From: a bacterium
GTDB lineage: Bacteria > Patescibacteriota > Patescibacteriia > UBA9934
Reading direction: 5' to 3'
NCBI GenBank assembly: GCA_020053275.1
Contig: JAGVNL010000012.1
Location: 1 to 44,788, forward strand
DNA length: 44,788 nucleotides
The notes under the pieces are model-generated. The model was not told the DNA's origin, did no database searches, and worked only from the letters and a program-made list of their open reading frames with translations. The translations under genes and the position numbers were made by a program. Below, piece after piece: positions 37,974-44,788 of the stretch (position 1 is its first letter; every line of letters begins with the position of its first letter).

Positions 37974-39866
37974 ATGAAGTCACCGTCAATCTTTGGGTCA
38001 CTAATCGGAGACGACCTTGGCCAGCTGTCTGACGGCTCGGCAGATTTTGCTATGGAAGAAGCGGTTGGCAGGGGAGGACTAGTTGATCAGGAGCCAGTTC
38101 GAACATTTGTTGGTAATGTGATCCCAAGTCGGCGCTACAGGCTTGGTATTATCATCACCTGCTGTCTTCTTGGAATATTTTTTTTCAGAGCAGGGTATTT
38201 GCAAATAATTAAAGGGGCTTCATACCGCGAATTAGCCGAAGCAAATCGGGCCAGGACGCACATCATTCCAGCCGAACGAGGACTAATTGTAGACCGCAAC
38301 GGTGTTATTTTAGCTAAAAATATCCCATCATTCACGCTCATCGGTCGTGGAACTGAACTGCCAAAAAAAGATGCTGCTCGTAACGCTCTCTTTGCCCAAG
38401 TCGCAGCCGAGGTTGGTGGTGACGCACTCGCCTGGAGTGCTGCCTATGCCGCGGCAGCTGACGCTCCATCATTTGTATTATTAGACGACCTACCATACGA
38501 AAAGGCCCTAGCCTTCGCCGTGCATGATTCAGAAATTGTCGGCATCGACATGATTCTCGCTGCCAAGCGTTCATACATTACAGACACCGCTCCCTCGCTA
38601 TCTCATGTCATGGGCTATATTGGCATCATGAGCGCTGAGGACTACGCCGTAGCCAAAGATAATGGCTATCTACCGTACGACATGATTGGTAAGCAAGGCG
38701 TAGAGATAAGCCATGAAGAATCTCTTCGTGGCACGAACGGTTACGAGACGCTCGAGGTCAACGCTCAGGGTAAATATTCTCGTACAGTCGCTAAGCAAGA
38801 TCCAGTGAACGGCGAATCTTTGCAGCTATCAATAGATGTTGAATTGCAAAAATACATTGAACAAGTAATCGCCGCTCGCCTTCAGGGGACAGTGGCCTCT
38901 CGTGGCGCGGTAGTGGCTATGAATCCAACCAATGGGGAAGTGCTGGCGCTCGTTTCCTGGCCGGCCTATGACGCCAACGCCTTTACTGACGGCATTGACC
39001 AAGCGAGCTATGACGCGCTAATAAATGACGACGATAATCCATTATTCCCGCGGGCTACAGCCGGCAAATATCCATCTGGCTCAACCATCAAGCCGGTTTA
39101 CGCCGCCGCCGCCTTAACCGCAGGCATTATTACTCCAACTACCAGCGTAGTTTCAACAGGAGGTTTGCAAATAGGTAACCGTTTCTTTCCTGACTGGCGA
39201 GCCGGCGGACACGGCATTACTAATGTCTACCACGCTATCGCCGACTCTGTGAATACATTTTTTTATATGATCGGCGGTGGCTATGACACCTTCAAGGGCC
39301 TAGGCATAGATCGTTTAATGTCATGTGCGGCAACATTCGGTTTCGGTAGTCAAAGCGGTCTTGATGTGCCAGGCGAGGCTGCTGGATTCTTACCTAGTCC
39401 AGCTGCCAAAACAGAGAGTACAGGCGAACCGTGGTACATCGGCGACACCTATAATGTCTCCATCGGTCAGGGCGACTTCCTGGTCACTCCACTACAAATC
39501 GCTCGCGCTACGGCAGTCTTTGCCAACGACGGCGTACTCGAAACCCCACACCTTACGCTCAACACCACTAAACCAGAGACACGCATTATCACTTCAGAAG
39601 TAGCAAACATAATTAAAGACGCCATGCGTCAAACTGTCACTAACGGTTCAGCAACCTCAATGCAGAGTGTGCCAGTAGCAGTTGCCGGAAAGACCGGTAC
39701 CGCGCAATGGTCGCACTCATCCCCACCGCATTCTTGGTTCACAGGCTTCGCTCCCTACGACAAACCAGAAATAACAATTACTACAATAATTGAAGAAGGT
39801 GGTGACGCTGCGCTGGCTATTCCCATCAGCCGCGAGATTCTGGAATGGTACTTTGCGGGTAGGTAA
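37974..39866 (+). CDS. mrdA: Penicillin-binding protein 2
   Basis: AERGLIVDRNG, PSGSTIKP (SxxK), DSVN (SxN), AGKTGTAQ. Confidence 0.93.
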   Translation: MKSPSIFGSLIGDDLGQLSDGSADFAMEEAVGRGGLVDQEPVRTFVGNVIPSRRYRLGIIITCCLLGIFFFRAGYLQIIKGASYRELAEANRARTHIIPAERGLIVDRNGVILAKNIPSFTLIGRGTELPKKDAARNALFAQVAAEVGGDALAWSAAYAAAADAPSFVLLDDLPYEKALAFAVHDSEIVGIDMILAAKRSYITDTAPSLSHVMGYIGIMSAEDYAVAKDNGYLPYDMIGKQGVEISHEESLRGTNGYETLEVNAQGKYSRTVAKQDPVNGESLQLSIDVELQKYIEQVIAARLQGTVASRGAVVAMNPTNGEVLALVSWPAYDANAFTDGIDQASYDALINDDDNPLFPRATAGKYPSGSTIKPVYAAAALTAGIITPTTSVVSTGGLQIGNRFFPDWRAGGHGITNVYHAIADSVNTFFYMIGGGYDTFKGLGIDRLMSCAATFGFGSQSGLDVPGEAAGFLPSPAAKTESTGEPWYIGDTYNVSIGQGDFLVTPLQIARATAVFANDGVLETPHLTLNTTKPETRIITSEVANIIKDAMRQTVTNGSATSMQSVPVAVAGKTGTAQWSHSSPPHSWFTGFAPYDKPEITITTIIEEGGDAALAIPISREILEWYFAGR

Positions 39867-39926
39867 GAATGTGGTAATACTTATAGGCAAGCTAATCATT
39901 GCATATATGCGCTTTTCTCTATCCCG

Positions 39927-42900
39927 TTGTTCTTCGGAGTGATTGGTGCCATAAGCCTTTGTTTGTTGATTTTACCATCAACCACACTGGCCACAGCCGC
40001 AGACCAAGACAGTTCGCCATTTGTAACAAATAATCAAATCAAACTCGCACCAGATATGCGCACTGGTGCGTTTTCATATTCATTTCCAATTACCTTACCG
40101 CCAGGTCGTAATGGCTTGCAGCCCAACCTCGGTCTGTCATATAGCAGCAGTAATACGGACATCACAAATCTTGCTGGTTACGGCTGGTCACTCAATATTC
40201 CCACCATCGAACGCGTGGCAAAATACGGCGCTGACGATCTATATACCAACCATGATTTCTCATCTTCGCTGTCTGGTGACCTCGAGGATATCACGCTCTC
40301 TGACGCCACCCATGGCACTTTCGGCGCCAAGGTTGACGATGGCTCGTTCCTGGCCTACATCTATAATTCCGACGAGTCGTGGACTGTCACAGACAAGCAT
40401 GGCACAATCTACACTTTTGACGCAGATACTTCGGCACAAGTTGTCGATAGCACGGACAGCACGCATGTCTTCCGCTGGTATCTCACCGAGGTCCGTGACA
40501 CGAATGATAATTTTGTTGCTTACACTTACACTAAAGACGCAGGTCAGGTTTATCCCTCAACCATTACCTACACCGGCCATGGCAGCACCGCTGGTATTTT
40601 CGCTGTAAATTTTACACTCGCCAGTCGTAATGATGCTGCCGCTTCCTATACAACAGGTTTTTCTGTTAAAACTTCCTATCGTATTTCACAGATCGATGTT
40701 ACTGAAAACAGTTCTACAATTCGCAGCTACGCCTTAGCCTACACAACTGGCGTCAACGGCATCCGCTCGCTTCTCTCAAGTATCACAGAAACCGCAACCG
40801 ACGAAGTAACCTCAGCCACCATCACTAAACCGGAAACAACCTTCGATTATTCAGTTAACTCCGATTCCTGGACTGAAGACACTGGCTTTGGTGGTTTGCC
40901 AATAACCATCGCCGGTTCAGGTAGCGGCAGTCTCGGTATTTATTTTTTTGATGTTAACGGTGACGCTTTGCTAGATATTGTAAAGTCGCGCGATACAGAT
41001 AGAGCGGTATATTTAAACAACGGTGATAATACCTGGACGGTAGATACAAGCATAACAGTACCGCTGGCATTTTGTTTGTCGACCGGTAGAGATAGAGGCG
41101 TTCGCGTGTTTGATGTCAACGGAGATAGCTATCAAGACTTAGTATATTCACATATTAACTCATCAAGCGTTGTAGATGATCTTGTTTACATAAATAATGG
41201 CGACGGTACCGGCTGGACAGAAGACACAGCCATCACTATTCCAATTTACTTCACCAATGATGGCGGATATGACTTTGGTGTCCGTATTATTGATGCTGAC
41301 GGCGACGGCCTGCAGGATATCGTGAAAAGTCGCGCAGGTATGTCACCTGAGGTATATATTAATAACGGTGATGGCACAGGTTGGACGCAGGATACAAACT
41401 ATATTGTTCCAGTGGATTTTGTCAGCACCTCGCTTTATGATCAAGGAGTTAGAGCCTTCGATGTAAACAACGACGGTTTACAGGATCTAGTTTATTCACG
41501 AAACACCTCGTCACTCCAAGAGGCAGTGTACCTCAACGATGGAGATGGTACAGGCTGGACAGAGGATACAAACTACACCGTTCCTGTTGCCTTCACCTAC
41601 TCAATTGGTAATGACCTGGGAGTACGAACATTAGATATTAATGGCGATGGACTTACGGATTTAGTCCAAGATTTTTATACCGGCTCGTCTGAGGTCAAAC
41701 ATGTCTACATCAACAATAGCGACGGTACAGGCTGGACCGAAGATACCAGCTACTCTACACCAATTTATTTCACGAACGGGATTATAGATCTTGGTGTTCG
41801 TGAGGAAGACATCAATGGCGACGGCCTGGTAGATGTTGTTCGTTCAAGAAATTCTGGCAGCCTGCAGGAAAATCTGTACATGGCTACGCCCACCTTTAGT
41901 GATCGCCTGACCGCAGTAACTACCTCAACTGGTGCCTCTACCACCGTTACTTACCAGCCCTCAACCACCGTCGGCGGTGACCTGTCATTCCCACTTTCAG
42001 TAGTTGCCACAGAGACGGTTGACGATGGACTCGGCAATACCGCAACTACCAGTTATGACTTCGCCGATGGGGACTTTTACTACGCCAGTGAATATGATCG
42101 CAAGTTTGCTGGGTTTGGCACGGTAACCATCACTGATGCGCTCGGCAACATGACCAAACGCTATTACCATCAGGGTAATGCGACTGACACCTCGTTTGGT
42201 GAAAGCACAGACGATGTGAGTAAGCTCTGGCAGATGTATCGTGAAGAAATCTATGACGACGCCAGCCATCTCTTCCGTACAGCCATCCATTCATTCACGA
42301 GTACCAGCCTCGGGTCTGACCGCACCTTTGTTTACGAAAACCAAACATTGGAACTCCAGTATGACGCCGACAGCGACCATACGGATTCAGCCACAAGTTA
42401 TACATACAGCTCATCTACTGGAAATCTCACAGAAAAGAAAGAGTGGGGGAGAGTAACTGGCGTTGACGCCGGCACATTCACGGATACCACTGGAGACACC
42501 AGGATAACTGACTACACCTATGCCAGTTTTTCTACCGGCCTTTCGAGCCTTGTCGACGACGAACAGGTCAAGAATAATGCCGGCACAACTGTTGCAGAAA
42601 CTAAATATTGTTTCGACAGCTCGAGTTTTGGCACGGCAACGCTTGGCAACTTGACGACGGAATCTCACTGGACTACTGGTACCTCATTTGTTGACACTAC
42701 CTACACTTACAACAGCTACGGTCTGCTTACCACCAAAACTGATGCCTTGAGCAACACCACAACCTTCGCGCCAGACACCTATAATCTTTTCACTGCCACC
42801 CAAACAGATGCGCTAGCAAACGACACGGATTACACTTACGATTATTCATCAGGGAAAGTTTTAACGACGACGGACATGAATGGGGAAGTCTTCACGACGA

Positions 42901-44788
42901 CTTATGACGCCCTCGACCGTCCTTTAACAGTGGCACAGCCAGTCATCGGCAGTACAGGCTCGGTTACCAGCAAAACATTCACCTACGATGACACGACCCT
43001 ACCGAGCATCATACACGAGATCGACGCCTACGATAGCTCGACTAATCGCGAAATCTATACTTACTCCGATGGCTTAGGCCGCGTCATTCAACAGCGCGTA
43101 GAAGCTGAGAGTACAAACACCTTCGATGTCACAGATACTGTTTACAATGAACTCGGCCAAGTTGCGAGCACCACCTTGCCGTACGCCTCGACCGGTTCGG
43201 CTTACTCTACACCGACGACGGATACCACACTCTACCAAACACTTGTTTACGACGCCTTGAGTCGCGTTACCTCAGCAACAAATGTTGAGGGTACATCAGT
43301 CAAGTCTTACGAAGATTGGGTCGTGACAGAAACTGACGCCCTCAGCCATACTAAAAATTATGCTTACGATGCTTACGGTAATCTAAGCGTGGTTATTGAG
43401 CACAAAGGGAGTACGAATTACACCACAACTTATGTTTGGGACGCACTTGGCCGCTTGACTAGTTTAACCGACGCCGACGGTGCAGTGCGTAATTTTAGCT
43501 ACGATGGTTTAGGCGGGCGTCAAACAGCCCAAGATCTCCATGTCACTACTGACACCTCGTTTGGTACCTGGACCTATACCTACAACGCAGTAGGCAACAT
43601 GGCGACTTCCTACAGCCCAAACAGCATAACCACCACCTACACCTACGACGCTTTGAACCGTGTCATCAGCGAGGACGCTTCGTCAGCCTCTGGGACAGAA
43701 ATTACCTACACCTACGATAGCCGCACATTAGGTGTCGGTCGTCTCTGTCAAACAGTCGTCGCCGGGGGATCAACCACGGCCTACACCTACGACGAACTCG
43801 GTCGCACCGCCAGTGAAGCTAAAACAATTAGTAGCAATACCTACACCACCATTTACACCTACGATCTGCAAGGCGATCAAGCCACCATCACTTATCCTGA
43901 CGGAGCAATAACAGCTTTCACCCTCGGTACTGCTGGTCGCGTTAGTCAAGTCGACTTCACAGACATCGTTAGCTCTGGCGACGCGGTGGCAGCCAGCAGT
44001 GTGGTTTACGCCCCAAACGGCAAAATCACTAGCTTCACTAACGGCAACGGCGTCACTACCGCCTTCACCTACGACGCGTCTGATCTCTATCGCCTATCAA
44101 ATCTCGTCAGTACGAGCGGCAGTAGCAATATCCAAAACTTTGCTTACACCTACGACGCCGCAGGCAACATTAGCCAAATCGCCGATACCTCCAGCCTCTA
44201 CGCAGCAGATACCATTAACTATGCCTACGACGACTTATACCGTTTAACCGCCGCCGTAGCTACCAGCACCGACACCTCTCTCGCCTACAATAAAACCTGG
44301 AGCTATGGTGGCACTGGCAATATCCTAGCCGGTGACGGTCCGACACGCACCTACGGCGGTACTGCCACTGGTAATTATGCCAACCCTCATGCCGTCACTG
44401 CTATGGGTGCTCGAACATTAACCTACGATCACAACGGCAACACCACAAACGAAGGCATGTGGAGCAATACCTGGAACTGGCGGAATCAAATGACGCAATC
44501 AACTAGAACTGGCCCTTCAATCACCGTTACCTACACCTACGACGCCAACGGCAACCGTGTCAGCCAAGTCAACGGTGGCCTCACCCTCATCTACCCAAAC
44601 GAGTACTACTCCTACACCGGCTCCACCAATGATCGTAACATCCCACTACCAGGCTACGGCATGGTGGCAACCAGCAAGCACAAAATAAATACATCAACCA
44701 TCGCTTATCATCATCACGACCACCTGGGCGGGGAACATGTCGACACGGGCAGCACTGGAGCAACTCTCGAATACACTATATACTCACC
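39927..44788 (+). CDS. SpvB/TcaC-N + FG-GAP + TcdB-midN + RHS/YD repeat protein (toxin-like), 3'-truncated by window
   Basis: One frame from 39867 to the window end. TGAFSYSFPITLPPGRNGLQPNLGLSYSS...GYGWSL (SpvB-like), six DxNGDG-type repeats, RKFAGFG, many YD repeats, and YHHHDHLGG (RHS core) at 44706. Start uncertain (TTG 39927, ATG 40056, or out-of-frame ATG 39907). Confidence 0.88.
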   Translation, partial: MFFGVIGAISLCLLILPSTTLATAADQDSSPFVTNNQIKLAPDMRTGAFSYSFPITLPPGRNGLQPNLGLSYSSSNTDITNLAGYGWSLNIPTIERVAKYGADDLYTNHDFSSSLSGDLEDITLSDATHGTFGAKVDDGSFLAYIYNSDESWTVTDKHGTIYTFDADTSAQVVDSTDSTHVFRWYLTEVRDTNDNFVAYTYTKDAGQVYPSTITYTGHGSTAGIFAVNFTLASRNDAAASYTTGFSVKTSYRISQIDVTENSSTIRSYALAYTTGVNGIRSLLSSITETATDEVTSATITKPETTFDYSVNSDSWTEDTGFGGLPITIAGSGSGSLGIYFFDVNGDALLDIVKSRDTDRAVYLNNGDNTWTVDTSITVPLAFCLSTGRDRGVRVFDVNGDSYQDLVYSHINSSSVVDDLVYINNGDGTGWTEDTAITIPIYFTNDGGYDFGVRIIDADGDGLQDIVKSRAGMSPEVYINNGDGTGWTQDTNYIVPVDFVSTSLYDQGVRAFDVNNDGLQDLVYSRNTSSLQEAVYLNDGDGTGWTEDTNYTVPVAFTYSIGNDLGVRTLDINGDGLTDLVQDFYTGSSEVKHVYINNSDGTGWTEDTSYSTPIYFTNGIIDLGVREEDINGDGLVDVVRSRNSGSLQENLYMATPTFSDRLTAVTTSTGASTTVTYQPSTTVGGDLSFPLSVVATETVDDGLGNTATTSYDFADGDFYYASEYDRKFAGFGTVTITDALGNMTKRYYHQGNATDTSFGESTDDVSKLWQMYREEIYDDASHLFRTAIHSFTSTSLGSDRTFVYENQTLELQYDADSDHTDSATSYTYSSSTGNLTEKKEWGRVTGVDAGTFTDTTGDTRITDYTYASFSTGLSSLVDDEQVKNNAGTTVAETKYCFDSSSFGTATLGNLTTESHWTTGTSFVDTTYTYNSYGLLTTKTDALSNTTTFAPDTYNLFTATQTDALANDTDYTYDYSSGKVLTTTDMNGEVFTTTYDALDRPLTVAQPVIGSTGSVTSKTFTYDDTTLPSIIHEIDAYDSSTNREIYTYSDGLGRVIQQRVEAESTNTFDVTDTVYNELGQVASTTLPYASTGSAYSTPTTDTTLYQTLVYDALSRVTSATNVEGTSVKSYEDWVVTETDALSHTKNYAYDAYGNLSVVIEHKGSTNYTTTYVWDALGRLTSLTDADGAVRNFSYDGLGGRQTAQDLHVTTDTSFGTWTYTYNAVGNMATSYSPNSITTTYTYDALNRVISEDASSASGTEITYTYDSRTLGVGRLCQTVVAGGSTTAYTYDELGRTASEAKTISSNTYTTIYTYDLQGDQATITYPDGAITAFTLGTAGRVSQVDFTDIVSSGDAVAASSVVYAPNGKITSFTNGNGVTTAFTYDASDLYRLSNLVSTSGSSNIQNFAYTYDAAGNISQIADTSSLYAADTINYAYDDLYRLTAAVATSTDTSLAYNKTWSYGGTGNILAGDGPTRTYGGTATGNYANPHAVTAMGARTLTYDHNGNTTNEGMWSNTWNWRNQMTQSTRTGPSITVTYTYDANGNRVSQVNGGLTLIYPNEYYSYTGSTNDRNIPLPGYGMVATSKHKINTSTIAYHHHDHLGGEHVDTGSTGATLEYTIYS
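40940..41850 (+). repeat. Six FG-GAP/VCBS-like coding repeats (approx. 55-60 aa)
   Basis: DVNGDALLDIV, DVNGDSYQDLV, DADGDGLQDIV, DVNNDGLQDLV, DINGDGLTDLV, DINGDGLVDVV; the first five are each followed by a variant of VY(I/L)NNGDGTGWTEDT. Confidence 0.85.

Noticed and set aside
39864-39926. Read-through fusion of mrdA to the RHS ORF (same frame)
   Set aside because: The stop is TAA, PBP2 is complete, and the RHS ORF has its own signal-peptide-like start; the shared frame is probably chance.

Overview
Window from a Patescibacteria/CPR-like genome (Parcubacteria-type gene content; standard genetic code). It begins inside an IS30-family element and continues through small accessory and stress genes (Gmad2, ASCH, DSP phosphatase, TspO, RimK-like ligase, DUF5671, Nramp-related transporter). 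Next come an 810-aa transglutaminase-like/LRR-like orphan, Pif1 helicase, ABC-F, GreA, HI0933 flavoprotein, a cold-shock protein, PepA and AhpC. These are followed by rsmI-metG-cvpA-tatD, a complete F1Fo atp operon, a UvrD-nuclease fusion, DciA and mreBCD-mrdA. The window ends in a >1600-aa SpvB/FG-GAP/RHS toxin-like ORF that the ORF track omits. Most notable: (i) two tandem paralogous orphan genes built from degenerate RNA-polymerase alpha-CTD-like modules that lack the DNA-binding residues; (ii) a split in translation-initiation signals, with about 40 core genes having T-ATG starts and mostly no Shine-Dalgarno, while four minus-strand orphans (including the alpha-CTD-like pair) carry SD sites; (iii) an unannotated 40-aa very basic microprotein with its own promoter and terminator; (iv) several short palindromic or heptamer repeat elements, one inserted in frame in tatD. 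All family assignments come from motif recognition by eye; no database searches were run.
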